A DNA stretch of 63,956 bases, the filler included, from Aduncisulcus paluster (Eukaryota): the NCBI GenBank assembly GCA_024181965.1. It is 7 parts of 7 records of this genome, joined end to end, with 100 filler letters (N's around TTAATTAATTAA, not from the genome) between each part and the next. Parts side by side here need not be neighbours in the genome. Positions count along the whole stretch, not along the records: positions 25,078 to 42,819 come from BQXS01011222.1; 6 more parts are not named here. One strand, 5' to 3'. The translations under genes and the position numbers were made by a program. This document shows positions 25,954-37,479 of this stretch, piece after piece (position 1 is the first letter of the stretch; each line of letters starts with the position of its first letter). The notes below the pieces were generated by a model, which made no database searches, was not told the DNA's origin, and saw only the letters and a list, made by a program, of their open reading frames with translations.

Positions 25954-26170
25954 AGTAATGTCATTTTATGACGATCGCGATCCCAGGACTTCGGTCTGTG
26001 GGAGTTCGCCCAACTGGGTGGGGTTCTTGACTCTCCTTCTGCTCGAGACAGGAGTGGCCCTGTCTAGTATCAGCCCCATAATCAATGTGTCTTCGGTTCT
26101 ATATATAGCTCTTAGAGAGAGCTTTTATTGCTTCTTTGGTCATGGGGTCTGATTCCAGTGTTACTGATCA
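25954..26170. ncRNA. Candidate structured non-coding RNA, family not identified
   Basis: GC-rich intergenic block: TCCCAGGAC-TTCG-GTCTGTGGGA, AGACAGG/CCTGTCT, ATCAGCCCCAT/ATGGGGTCTGAT, AGCTCT/AGAGCT; ATGACGA near the 5' end and CTGA near the 3' end. Confidence 0.45.
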
Positions 26171-26175
26171 TGGAA

Positions 26176-27060
26176 TTATCTTAATTCTCGCTCTAAATAA
26201 TCACAAAATACTTTAGCAATTTCAACATCTGACTGAATTGAAGGATCTTCCTCCACATCATGCCTTGATCGTGTTTTTTCAGTAATAGCCAAGAAGCGAG
26301 ATCTAACAGAGTGGATTTCTGATGGTTGGATTCGTCTTGAAGGTATTTCAATAAATTTGGAGAAAGAATCGATTTTAATAGGAACTTTTATGATTGTACT
26401 AGCCATTGAAACTGCAGAAACGACCTCTGACACAATAACTCCCGTAACTCTTGACATATTCGAAAGAAAACTTGAATCTGTTGATTTTAATGCTCTAGTA
26501 GATCTGACTGGTACAATTTTCCCAGCAGTTTGAAATGAATTTTGAATTTGAGAATAGGGAATCAAATCTTCAAGTGGCACCTCTGATGAGGACAAAACAT
26601 CAATTTCAAAACATGGCTGATCCCACTTGTGATCATCACATGGTTCTTCTAATCTCAGAGCTATATCTAAAAAGACCTTTTCATCGTATCGTTTCAAAGT
26701 TTTAACTGCATTCTCTTTCGCAATCAGAAATGGGGAATTACACCAAACCAAGCAATGGGGCTGTTTTGCTGCTCGAGATAAACAATATAATTCATAACGG
26801 AAGCTTCGACTAAGATTACAAGCATCAATAATTACAAGAGTCTTAGGATCTCCCAAATGTCTATGAACAGCATCACGAAGCGATTTGTTGAGCGATATTT
26901 CACTTATTCCATTCATTAAAGCTTCTCCTGATGATACTCCAAAGTCCTCGGGTTGGATATGAAGAATTGTTGAATATACTTTTTCAAAATGCTTTTTTAT
27001 CGACCGTGAAACTGAGGATTTTCCAGTACATAAGATACCACAGACAATTATTAAAGGCAT
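26176..27060 (-). CDS. KTI12: KTI12 (Elongator-associated P-loop protein, PSTK-related)
   Basis: MPLIIVCG..CTGKS, IIDACNLSRSFRYELYCLSR, RLEEP....WDQP. Confidence 0.85.
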   Translation of the reverse strand: MPLIIVCGILCTGKSSVSRSIKKHFEKVYSTILHIQPEDFGVSSGEALMNGISEISLNKSLRDAVHRHLGDPKTLVIIDACNLSRSFRYELYCLSRAAKQPHCLVWCNSPFLIAKENAVKTLKRYDEKVFLDIALRLEEPCDDHKWDQPCFEIDVLSSSEVPLEDLIPYSQIQNSFQTAGKIVPVRSTRALKSTDSSFLSNMSRVTGVIVSEVVSAVSMASTIIKVPIKIDSFSKFIEIPSRRIQPSEIHSVRSRFLAITEKTRSRHDVEEDPSIQSDVEIAKVFCDYLERELR

Positions 27061-27370
27061 TATGTCGAATAATGACTTGTGAGAGCAAGAAAGTGATTTT
27101 CATTTTTTGCTTTTGAAATCTGGGTTTTCCTTGTACAAGACATTGAAGTACCATCAATGAGATTTTTTCCGAATTTTTAGATTATTGTATATGCCTCTCT
27201 GGTGATTTTGAAGGGTTCCCTGTCTCTCAGTCTGCATCTTGTCATTACTCTCTTTTCATCTAGGTTCTATTGGTTGACTTTGTTGATTCTCAGATTCTTT
27301 ATAATATTATTCTGAAATATAATTTATAATTGTTTCTTATATATCATCAGTTTAAACATATTTTATAAGA

Positions 27371-28762
27371 ATGGGTGCTTTCGATTTCATGGATTGGCCT
27401 ACAATGTGGCCACTCAAATATGCTTTATCATCATACATGTATGGAATATTATTTGGTCCTTGCTCTCGTCTTTTTGCGATGAATTTGGTCCATTTTTCTG
27501 TGTCAATTGAAATAGTTCTGGAAGCTCTTGGAGGATATAGATTTGTAAGGTGTGGTTTGATTGAACAAACAGCAGAAGCCATTGTTGTTTCTACCATCAC
27601 ATATGTTTTTGCATTCTGGGCAGCAACATCTTTGTATCCTCTGGTAAAACTCGAATACATGAAGCATAATAGAAGAGGAGTGAAATGTGAATATACTGCC
27701 ACTGCTGATGCCATAATTCACCCTAAAAAGGTTAACCCTCTGACCAATATCAGTAATACTTCCTGGCTTATTTCAATATCTCTTGCTCTTCTATCATTTT
27801 TTTCTGATGGGGTATTTTTTTTCGAAATGAAATCTCTAATTCTGGTTTCGATTGCGGGGCTCTCAAAAATCTTCATTTTATGTTTATTTATTTTCCTTCA
27901 AAGCAACAATACAATCATTTTCCCGACCTCTGAGTCTGCCTATGGTTTATTATTTGTTGCCATTATTGGGATGCTTCTTATTGTTGTTCCCTTTTTGTTT
28001 GTACCGAGTATGTTAAATCCCTACTTTGCCTCAACACTTGGGATTGGTTCTGTTTTAATGATCTCGAACACCATACAAATTATCCGAGCTTGTGTCGCTC
28101 GTTCCAGACATAGGATCAGACCAACATCGCCAGCCATTTCCAGTTCAATAAGAGAGGGTAAAAATATAATCAAAGCCAAAGTAGAAGGGAATCATCCAAA
28201 TGTACACTCTGGAAGTGATTCCATCGATCGAATGAGGAAACTTCGAGCTGATGTCTGTGAGTATACATCAGAAGGAGCCAAGAAGAAATTGACATCTACT
28301 GATGTAAAACAATCATCCACCCCTCGTTCTGAGGAGACATCTATCCGTACAGATCCATCATCCACTCACTCGGCTCCAACATCATCGATTTCCTGTCAAG
28401 AAGATCCAAGAGGGAGCTCAGTAACAACTCGAAGCGGTCAAACATATGAAGATGAAGTCAAAAATGCTGAAGACGAGGTAGATCAAGAAGTTCTTGAGCT
28501 TAGAAAGAAAATGAGATACATGCGAGCTGTAATGCAAGGGAAAGATAAAGATATTGTTTTAAAAGAGTTTGCAAAGTCAGAGAAAAAACAAACCGATCAA
28601 CTACATTCTCCTTCCCTCGAAACCAAGGAAATGTCAAAAGATAGTGTTGGTAAAGATTCTGTGTTTGATAAGCGTCCATGTCTAATCCCAGCGAATCCAA
28701 TATCAAGCTCTGAGTTTGAAGAATCGAGGGTTGGAATGAGGATGAGTGAATCTGAAGATTAA
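27371..28762 (+). CDS. Multi-pass membrane protein of unknown function
   Basis: 463-aa ORF with several hydrophobic segments followed by an S/T/E-rich tail. Confidence 0.7.
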   Translation: MGAFDFMDWPTMWPLKYALSSYMYGILFGPCSRLFAMNLVHFSVSIEIVLEALGGYRFVRCGLIEQTAEAIVVSTITYVFAFWAATSLYPLVKLEYMKHNRRGVKCEYTATADAIIHPKKVNPLTNISNTSWLISISLALLSFFSDGVFFFEMKSLILVSIAGLSKIFILCLFIFLQSNNTIIFPTSESAYGLLFVAIIGMLLIVVPFLFVPSMLNPYFASTLGIGSVLMISNTIQIIRACVARSRHRIRPTSPAISSSIREGKNIIKAKVEGNHPNVHSGSDSIDRMRKLRADVCEYTSEGAKKKLTSTDVKQSSTPRSEETSIRTDPSSTHSAPTSSISCQEDPRGSSVTTRSGQTYEDEVKNAEDEVDQEVLELRKKMRYMRAVMQGKDKDIVLKEFAKSEKKQTDQLHSPSLETKEMSKDSVGKDSVFDKRPCLIPANPISSSEFEESRVGMRMSESED

Positions 28763-29272
28763 GAGCTTTTCGTGATATTTATTTTTTTGAGTATTTGATC
28801 TTGAAACTTTCATGGTTGAACCACTCACTTTCGAAATGTCAATTTCATGAAGCTAATATATCATTGAATTAGCTAATAATGCAATATACCCCAGAACATA
28901 TGTTGAGAGTCTCAAACTGTTCATAACTTGTTCATACAAAATGATTTTGTATATGATGATCTTACTATTATGTCATTGTTGCTATTATTTTTGAATATAT
29001 TTTTGACATTCTTACCTTTTACATGGCTTTAAAGGTTTTTTTTTGAGAATAAATCCAATATAGCTCTTCTTATATAGATGTAAACGTGAATTTCTTTTTT
29101 TTTTTTTATCAATACCATTTGCTTTTTTTGAAATGCATAGAAAATTGGGAATAAAATTTTGAATTGTAGTTTTTATCATCATATATACAAAATGAATCGT
29201 CTGATTTCACTTACGACATATGATGTCAATTTTCAATGAACACTTCGCTTTCTTTGAATACCATTTGAAATT

Positions 29273-29349
29273 GTATGTTCATCAAATTTTAAAATTATAT
29301 TGTTTATTAAATGGAATATTAATGATTTTTTCTGCTGCTTTTTGTTTAG
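29273..29349 (+). other. Putative 5'UTR intron of GPD ending directly at the ATG (77 nt)
   Basis: GTATGT donor; TTTTTGTTTAG|ATG. Confidence 0.78.
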
Positions 29350-30438
29350 ATGACCAAACATAAGATTGCATTGATTGGATCGGGAAACTGGGCTTCTGCC
29401 ACTGGAAAAATAATGGGGGAAAATATTTTAGGTTCTCCTAAACTTCAAGCGATTTTTGAAATTGGCATTCAAATGTGGACCTACGAAGAGATGATCGATG
29501 GAAGAAAAATTACTGAAATTATCAATACTAAACACCAGAATGTGAAGTACTTACCTGGAATTGATCTCCCTCACAATTTGATTGCGAATCCTGACCTTGT
29601 TGATTGCACCAAGAATGCCACAATTCTCGTATTTTGTTTGCCTCATCAATTCCTCCCAAGAACTCTCTCAACAATGAAGCCACATGTTAATCCCAAGGCG
29701 ATTGGGATATCCTTGATAAAGGGAATGATGTTTGAAGAAACGAAACTTCTCCCCATCACCACTTTTATCACCAGGACTATTGGAATTCCAATGGCTGTTT
29801 TAAGTGGTGCAAACGTTGCTGATGAAATTGCCAAAGGGCAACTCTGTGAAACAACTATTGGTGCTGTGGATGAGACCCATGTTAAATTGTTCAAAGATTT
29901 GTTTCATACAGATGCTTTCAGAGTTTCAGTTGTGAAGTGCCCACCTCCTAGTATCGAAATTTATGGGGCCTGTAAAAATGTTGTTGCATTGGGTGCGGGA
30001 TTTGTCGATGCCTTTGATTTCGGGAATAATACAAAAAGTGCAATTATCCGTAATGGAGCTATCGAAATTCTCAAGCTCATTAAATTATTAACTGGCTGTA
30101 AAGATGACACCATTGCTCTGGAATCGTGTGGAATTGCTGACTTGATTACAACCTGCTTTGGTGGTCGTAACAGAAAATGTGCAGAGAAGTGGGCAAGATC
30201 AAGGATGGTCGGAATCGATCTCAGCAAAGATGAGGAGGCTCCCATTGATATTGGAATGTCATGGGAAGAAGTGGAAGAAGAACTTCTTGGTGGTCAAAAA
30301 CTTCAAGGAAATCTCACCGCTGAAGAAATTTACGTGATCATCAAAAGAGAGCACCTCGAAAAAGAATTCCCTCTTTTGACAATGATATGCCGTATATCTG
30401 AGGGCTCTGAGCCTGTGACTTCAATTTTGAAGTTTTAA
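29350..30438 (+). CDS. GPD1: NAD-dependent glycerol-3-phosphate dehydrogenase
   Basis: IGSGNWASA, NVKYLPG, LSGANVADE, KNVVALGAG, GIADLITTCFGGRN, GQKLQG. Confidence 0.96.
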   Translation: MTKHKIALIGSGNWASATGKIMGENILGSPKLQAIFEIGIQMWTYEEMIDGRKITEIINTKHQNVKYLPGIDLPHNLIANPDLVDCTKNATILVFCLPHQFLPRTLSTMKPHVNPKAIGISLIKGMMFEETKLLPITTFITRTIGIPMAVLSGANVADEIAKGQLCETTIGAVDETHVKLFKDLFHTDAFRVSVVKCPPPSIEIYGACKNVVALGAGFVDAFDFGNNTKSAIIRNGAIEILKLIKLLTGCKDDTIALESCGIADLITTCFGGRNRKCAEKWARSRMVGIDLSKDEEAPIDIGMSWEEVEEELLGGQKLQGNLTAEEIYVIIKREHLEKEFPLLTMICRISEGSEPVTSILKF

Positions 30439-30689
30439 TAACATGTTCCCTGAAATACTGATCCGCTACATCTGTTTATTTTGTATATAACTTATTTGTA
30501 GACTGTGATGCTTCATACTCCTGTCGACTGGCCATGGCTTTACCATTTCGATTTTTTGGATGTTTTTATGCATATTTTTTATATTTTTATTCATTTCATC
30601 AATAAAACAATATTTTAAAGCCCTTTTTTTCCAATTGTCGATGAAGAAAAAATCTGAAAAACAAAAATTGCTTTTCCTCGATATTAACG

Positions 30690-32267
30690 ATGAGCATAGC
30701 AAAAATTCTGTTTGTTTTCATTTGTTTATTTTCTATTGTTGTCGCTGATACCCTTGCCGATTGCCGTTCTACTGATTATGTCGGTCAATGGAAATTTTTC
30801 GTTTCTGATGTTCATGAAGATTTAGATTCCAACCCACAAGAATACCTTGATTTCTACTGTGATCCAATTACCGAATCCTTCCCTAATGTTGTTATTATGA
30901 ATTTAAATGACGATTTTACCGTGACTGACCCAAATGGCAATGTTCTTGGTGATTGGACTTCTATTTATAATCAAGGATTTGAACTTACGTTGACCACCGA
31001 TGACCAAGATTCTTATGAACGTTGGTTTGCCTTTTCATACGTGCATTACTATTCCAAAACGAAAGTTGAAAGTGAGTGTGGATCCACATATAATGGATGG
31101 GTTAGGATTGATTCACCCGGAATCTCTGGATCAGGTAACAACTACAAACGGACCACTTCTGATTGGCGTTGTTATTATGCTGAGAAACAAACTACCAATA
31201 ATTCTTCAGTTTCTTCCCACCAAACTTCTCGTAAGCCTGTCACCCTTGTTGATATTGAATCTCCCGAGGTGTCAGCTGTCATTAACCGTTTGTACGAAGA
31301 AGGTAAAATCTCATGGTTTGCTAAGTCGTATTCTGACAACGAATCTCTCTCCCAGACTTTGCATGGAAGTAAGAGAACTCAAGGTAGTATTTTAAGCCAA
31401 AATGAGCTTGTAGCTTCTCCTATATACACTTCTACTCACCGTCGTGATATGGAGAATGCTGACTTCCCCGACAGTCTCGATTGGACATCTTACAATGGAA
31501 CTGATTACATTGGTACTGCTCCTGATCAAGGTTCATGTGGATCTTGCTTTGCTTTCTCCAGTGCTGGTCTCACTGAGGCTACTTGGAGGATCCATGACCC
31601 CGAATCTTATGATCTTTCCTTTGCTGTGTCTAAACAAGACATTGTGAGTTGTTCATTCCTCTCCCAAGGATGTGATGGTGGTTTCCCCCGTCTTGTTGCC
31701 GGAAGATATGCCATGGACTATGGATTTGCTGCTGAAGATGATTGTCCCTATTTGTCTGGCGATGGCAATGGAAACCGCACTTGTCTTGAGGCATGGGGAA
31801 GTGAAAATGCCCGTGAAGCTGCCACAAGATACCATGCCAGAGAATATGGGTATGCTACTTCAAACGGTCATTACGGTGAAGTGAATGCTTCATCGATGGT
31901 CGAGAAGATACAAGATGGTCCTCTCTCCGTCACATTCCAGGTGACTGATTGGTTCCGCCATCAATACAGCGGTGGAGTCTACGATTGTTCCGATCTTACT
32001 GTCGTTCTCGATGCTATGAGAGAGGAAGGCCTTGCCCTCAAGAAGGCCAGGAATGATGATCCAATTGACTTCTTCTATACAACAAACCACTGTGTTGTTG
32101 CTGTTGGATATGGAACTACAGATGATGGACAAGATTTCTGGAGGGTTAGAAATTCTTGGACAACCGATTGGGGTGAAGATGGATACTTCAGAATCTCCCG
32201 TGGAAATGATGCCTGTGGAATTGAAAGTTTGCCGGTTTACATTGCTGTTGGTGAACCCGCTAATTGA
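30690..32267 (+). CDS. CTSC: Cathepsin C / dipeptidyl peptidase I (papain family C1A)
   Basis: Signal peptide, exclusion domain DTLADC..G.WTSIYNQGFE, QGSCGSCFAFS, SQGCDGGFP, TNHCVVAVGYG, NSW..DWGEDGYFRI. Confidence 0.93.
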   Translation: MSIAKILFVFICLFSIVVADTLADCRSTDYVGQWKFFVSDVHEDLDSNPQEYLDFYCDPITESFPNVVIMNLNDDFTVTDPNGNVLGDWTSIYNQGFELTLTTDDQDSYERWFAFSYVHYYSKTKVESECGSTYNGWVRIDSPGISGSGNNYKRTTSDWRCYYAEKQTTNNSSVSSHQTSRKPVTLVDIESPEVSAVINRLYEEGKISWFAKSYSDNESLSQTLHGSKRTQGSILSQNELVASPIYTSTHRRDMENADFPDSLDWTSYNGTDYIGTAPDQGSCGSCFAFSSAGLTEATWRIHDPESYDLSFAVSKQDIVSCSFLSQGCDGGFPRLVAGRYAMDYGFAAEDDCPYLSGDGNGNRTCLEAWGSENAREAATRYHAREYGYATSNGHYGEVNASSMVEKIQDGPLSVTFQVTDWFRHQYSGGVYDCSDLTVVLDAMREEGLALKKARNDDPIDFFYTTNHCVVAVGYGTTDDGQDFWRVRNSWTTDWGEDGYFRISRGNDACGIESLPVYIAVGEPAN

Positions 32268-32671
32268 CTCCATTGATCTTGATGAAATTATTTTATTATA
32301 TCTTTGAAATTGTTTCAATGCTACTTTTCATTAAAAAATTCCCACCATAAGCTTGATTATTGTGTCTTATATGATCTTTCATTGTAAAAACTGATCATCT
32401 TCCAGATCAGTGACCGATGAAAAAAATCTGCATCTCGCCAGAAAATAAAAGTTAAATAATTATGATTTAATGCATAATAGCTATTATCATTTATTTAATA
32501 CATTAATCTTAATCTGAATATAGTATTTCAAAAGATAACAAATCATGTCCTCTTATGGCTCAGATTATTGGTACAATCACAGCTCAATATTATATTTCAA
32601 TAATAAATGTATATCTACAATGCACGATATTTCGAAATTCATAATATTATTCAAATTTAGTCAGGAATAAC

Positions 32672-34021
32672 ATGGAATTGGCTTCTTGTTATCATATGCC
32701 ATTGTTTTCTTGTTGTTGTTCCTCTAAACAGAGTGGAAGCGGGTATGATGATCCATCAATACATTCTATATCAAAATTAGATCACTCTCGACATATTCCT
32801 GATTCTTCTACTTTACATCTCAAGGGAAAAGATAGTTCTCCATCAATAATTCATAAATCTAGTATTGAAACACCAATTGGCGATCAAAAATCAAAACAAT
32901 CGGATGTTATGTTAAAGGAACGTCATATTGTGAAGGTTGGGGGGAAACCCCAGAAATCATCGAGATGCGGTAAAAAATACTCTCCAAATGTGTCTGAACC
33001 AATCAAAATGGATAGATCTAATACTGTGTTTCGAACTTGGCCTCCTCACAAATCGTCTTTGATTAATGTTCGAATTAGTGGAGCCAAAAACTTTTTAGAC
33101 GGAGCTCTTGAAGTTCCCAGAGGAGATTCAGTTGATTATACGTGCGGTTTCGTTCCGGTTTGCCTTGTACATCTTCAGAATCAACTTATTCAACATGATG
33201 GTCTGAAGAGGGAAGGTATATTCCGAGTCCCCTCAGATAAGTCCAAAGTTGAGTCATACATTGAGAAATTCGACCGTGGAGAGTTGCCTACTATTACAGA
33301 TCCATTCCTCTGTGCCAATCTTATTCTCAAATATTTCCAATATCTACCTTCTTCTCTATTCTCCCCGATTCCAGCCTCTATGATCAGAAAAGGCCAACCC
33401 CTTGGTGTAATGACTCGTCTTTCTGAGGTAGGATGTTCAATTGCTGAATGGATCCTTCAGTTATGTGTTCACGTAAGTTTGTTTAGTGACTCCAACAGTA
33501 TGAATCTGACCAATATCGCCATCTGCATTGCACCTGTGTTTTATGACTGTTCAACTCAGCAAGATGTTGCCTTTATATCTAAGTGGGTTCCCTTCTTCCG
33601 AAGAATGCTGGAAATCAAAGCTGTTGAAAGACGTGCTGCTCTGGGAACAGCCACTCCCATTCCGTCGGACAGTTACTATTCCATGGGCAAGAAAGGTGCA
33701 GAAGAAGATGATGATGAGAGTCTAATTGATGAGAGTGAGGAAGACATGCCCATATCTCCCCCCTCCAAACCTACTCACCAGTCACAGTCATCTCCATCAT
33801 CGGTGTCTTCAACGACATCCTCCGTGGCTTCTTCATCAATTCCCCTATCATCCAGGACAGTGTCAATCTCACAGTCTCGCATCGGACAAGATCTGCCTCT
33901 CGTAGGAGGAGGTGATGGAGATCGGATGCAAGACAAGGAGAGTTCCTCTATTCACATGGGCCATCAGACATGTGATGTTGAGGAAGTGGAGGATTCAAGC
34001 GATATTGAAAGGGAGTTGTGA
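32672..34021 (+). CDS. RhoGAP domain protein
   Basis: EGIFRVPS arginine finger, NSMNLTNIAICIAP; N-terminal FSCCCS. Confidence 0.88.
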   Translation: MELASCYHMPLFSCCCSSKQSGSGYDDPSIHSISKLDHSRHIPDSSTLHLKGKDSSPSIIHKSSIETPIGDQKSKQSDVMLKERHIVKVGGKPQKSSRCGKKYSPNVSEPIKMDRSNTVFRTWPPHKSSLINVRISGAKNFLDGALEVPRGDSVDYTCGFVPVCLVHLQNQLIQHDGLKREGIFRVPSDKSKVESYIEKFDRGELPTITDPFLCANLILKYFQYLPSSLFSPIPASMIRKGQPLGVMTRLSEVGCSIAEWILQLCVHVSLFSDSNSMNLTNIAICIAPVFYDCSTQQDVAFISKWVPFFRRMLEIKAVERRAALGTATPIPSDSYYSMGKKGAEEDDDESLIDESEEDMPISPPSKPTHQSQSSPSSVSSTTSSVASSSIPLSSRTVSISQSRIGQDLPLVGGGDGDRMQDKESSSIHMGHQTCDVEEVEDSSDIEREL

Positions 34022-34976
34022 CTTCAAATGTCCCTTAATTAAAATTATTTAGCATAATTCCATTATACTATCAGTAGTATACTGTACAGCACGCAATGTT
34101 CCATCAAGGGAATGTTAGCCCTTTCCATTGCTGATGTATATAGTATAAAATATTTATTGATAATATTTGTATTTATACGACATTTGATGTTCAAGTTCAT
34201 AAAATATTTCGTTTGTCAGTACAGTATACTGTACTATGTGACAGCCTAGTTTCATATACATATATATGAGAGTTTTTGTTTTGATTCAACAATTCACACT
34301 TTATAATGACTTTCTCATTCTATTTTAAGAGTTTTTTTTTAATTTTATATTATTTCAAATAGTCTTGCAATCCAATCGCCCTTCTCGACAATATCTAAAG
34401 TACTCGACTTAACAACTTAAATAATGGTCAAGATACAGTTTGTTGGGATAAATAGGTATTTTTTTCGAGAATTTCCAGCCTCAATGGTGTGAAATCAACT
34501 CACTCCAATCTTTCCCTTCTTCGACTCAACAGTGGTTTGTTAACTTTATTCTGAACTGGATTCATTGAATCTGGACCCGTATCATTTAATTTTCTTATTT
34601 TTTCACGATGTTTATCGTCCAAATTATCGTTTTGAATTTTTTTTATCATCAATATTTCCGCATTTTTAAATTAAATATAACACTTCTATTGTTTGGAACA
34701 TCAGAACTTTTCTATTTTTCATTTCCAATCAGTAAAATTCTTGATCTTCACTCAGAAACACATCTTCCATTTTCCTCGCTTGATTTCAATTTTTATTGTT
34801 TAAAAATATTAAATGTAATTTTTATTTTATAAGTAGGATTGAGAATTCCTCTTTCAAATCATATTTAATGCTCAAACAGTTTGGGTGAAAACTTTTCACT
34901 GAAAACTGTATTAACATGCATCTTTTGGAGAAATATATAACATTTAAAAATATCCATTAAATATTATGTTTATTCT

Positions 34977-36668
34977 TCACAGATATGATGTTTCTTGACC
35001 CGCTAAAAACTTGGATAACATTAAATCCACTTTATATATGCTTGAACTTGTTGCAACAAACAATTCTCTTCCGTCAGTGGAAATATCCAATCCACTTATA
35101 CAAGCGTATTGTGAGTCTGGTCCCTTTTCTGCCAATGCCTGAATGTTAATGACATGTTCTTCAACACATGGCATTTTTGATAAATCAAAGAGGCATACGT
35201 TATTCACATGCTGAGATGCTATAAAAGTCCTTGTTCCAATAATGGGAAGAGTTTTTACGACTCTAAATGCTCCTTCTCTTGTTCCCGGAGATTGACTTTT
35301 CAGAATACAAAATGGTTTGGATGATGCTCTAATATCAAAAACACAAAGATCTCCATGCTGAGTGGCTGCACATACCAATCTGGAATCCATTGAAAATGCT
35401 GCTGATAGGCTTACTGGATATGTTAGAGAAATATCCATCACTTTTTTCAATTCCACATCGTCACCAGCTCCAACTTTCATCATACATATGTGGGACGAAT
35501 CGTGGTAAGATATTGCATATCTTCCATCTGGAGAGAATGCTATTCCATTAACTGCCCCATACCCTGGATTGAATATGCTACAGTTCCCCTGGGTGTATCC
35601 TGATGTACTTTCTTCAATAAGCCCATGCGTATGATGTTCTACTGAAGTGGATGATGTGACAAGTGGCCTGTCATCGTGAGTTGTCCCGTCAATATCTTCT
35701 TGTGTCACTCCATCACTCTTTGGTGGTGAAGATAGAGTGACTGATTCATCTTCTTCTTCACTGGTGTATTCATCAACTCTCACACCAACATGGCTTGGGA
35801 ATGACGTTCTTGATGTTTGAATATGATCTGGTGTGTTTGACAAGTCTATTGCTGCAATTAAGCCTGCATTCGAACAGGCATATAATCTTGGATGGTTATA
35901 CGAAGAATGGTTCTGAACAACAACTGAATTGATGGTATCCGAACACCATACATCATTTAATAGTGGTGGTGAAGCCGTGAGGTGAATATATGGGACCTTT
36001 TTAGATGTGTAAGGGATTCTTGATTCATGCCGCATCGATAGAATGGTACTTCCATGTAAGATTCGAGCTACGGATCCCCTTGGGAAGTCTTCTTCTTCGA
36101 ATTCCTCCGATGTTGATTTTTCTGGTTCCCTTTCCTCCTCTTCTCCTTTCTCTCCTTCCTCTATTGTTTTTTCAACATATTTGAATGGACACACACATAT
36201 ATGGCCGTCCAGTCCCCCAGCTGCGATATATCCATGTCTAATATCGAAGCATACTGGGTTGAAATCAAATGATTTACAAGTATAAATGTCTCCACCTGAA
36301 GAAGGAATGACACAGAGTGTTCTCTCACTGACATATGTGATATCACATACTGAGGGAGTACTAGGACATTCAGCGTCGTGCAATAGAGTGGTATCGGCAT
36401 GAATAGAGGAGGGGGCTGGGTCATCGGTGGAAGTATGTGTTTTTGCAGACCATAACTGAACCGGAACATCTGTGCCATGATCCCATATTGCCGTTGTCTT
36501 TTTTGGTCGAGTAACACATCGAATCAGGTCTCTAAGTTGCCAATGTCGAACAATGACCCTTGAATTGCAAAATGACTGAAAATTTCTGAATATCGGTGAT
36601 GGTACTGAACATTGTTGAATAGGAAGGGCTTTGCAAAGTTTCATGATAGTTTTTGTTAAGTGTGACAT
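34977..36668 (-). CDS. WD40-like beta-propeller protein (DUF2415-type)
   Basis: HWQLRDLI motif, IAAGGLDG, AFSPDG, AATQHGDLCVFDIR, GAFRVVK. Confidence 0.75.
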   Translation of the reverse strand: MSHLTKTIMKLCKALPIQQCSVPSPIFRNFQSFCNSRVIVRHWQLRDLIRCVTRPKKTTAIWDHGTDVPVQLWSAKTHTSTDDPAPSSIHADTTLLHDAECPSTPSVCDITYVSERTLCVIPSSGGDIYTCKSFDFNPVCFDIRHGYIAAGGLDGHICVCPFKYVEKTIEEGEKGEEEEREPEKSTSEEFEEEDFPRGSVARILHGSTILSMRHESRIPYTSKKVPYIHLTASPPLLNDVWCSDTINSVVVQNHSSYNHPRLYACSNAGLIAAIDLSNTPDHIQTSRTSFPSHVGVRVDEYTSEEEDESVTLSSPPKSDGVTQEDIDGTTHDDRPLVTSSTSVEHHTHGLIEESTSGYTQGNCSIFNPGYGAVNGIAFSPDGRYAISYHDSSHICMMKVGAGDDVELKKVMDISLTYPVSLSAAFSMDSRLVCAATQHGDLCVFDIRASSKPFCILKSQSPGTREGAFRVVKTLPIIGTRTFIASQHVNNVCLFDLSKMPCVEEHVINIQALAEKGPDSQYACISGLDISTDGRELFVATSSSIYKVDLMLSKFLAGQETSYL

Positions 36669-37314
36669 TATGTCTTTTCTTATTATTTGATAATACTTCT
36701 AAATTAATTGTATTTCTTTCAAAATGACAATTCTTGCTCATTATTGGAATGAATCATGTCACTGCGGTTTCATACAATTCACCAAAATACTTTCAGAATT
36801 TAACATGCATTTATGTCTTTAACACTATATTTTATCGTTAATTTTAAATTATAACACTAAAATTTCATTATTTTTTATTTCTTTTTAACTCATTAATTAC
36901 TCTCTAAAATTCAACAAATTCGTTTTACTTTTTAATATATGTTTAAGTTTTAATTGGATATTGGATTTTTTATAATTTTAGTTATCTTTTTACGACGCAT
37001 TTGGCTATACCTCAGTTCATTCACTTTCTAGTTCTAATTTTTTCATATTTTTTTCATTTTTTATTTTAACTTTTCATTTTTAATATAAAAAGTGCAGTAT
37101 CCAATTCGTATCTATCTAACATCATCATGTCAAATGAATAACATGTATATGCTTAAAATTGAGAACTTATTCAAGTTATTTTATGGTTTTGCTCTATTAA
37201 ATTGAGACATTTACTTATATTTCCCCGATATATATAATTTTAATAAGTTTTTTTTTTCCATGTTTTTTGTTTCTGTTTTGGTGACTCGTTACCAAAGTAC
37301 ATCCAATTTAAAGT

Positions 37315-37471
37315 GTATGTAATTATTAACTTTTTCATATTATTCTTATTTTGCCTTGAAAAACTTGTTTTTATTTACATTTGTCTTCCTCCGACTTCAA
37401 TATTCTTATCTCATTATTTTCGATTCAATTTCCAATATTATTTTAATTTTTTGAATTAACTGTTATCATAG
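37315..37471 (+). other. Putative 5'UTR intron (157 nt)
   Basis: GTATGT donor; ATTAAC branch-like motif; TTATCATAG acceptor 8 nt before ATG 37480. Confidence 0.65.
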
Positions 37472-37479
37472 GAACAAAA

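Noticed and set aside
26176-27060. PSTK (Sec pathway kinase) supporting the selenoprotein
   Set aside because: The MPLII start, RYELYC and EEP...WD.P motifs fit KTI12 better; it is also on a different contig
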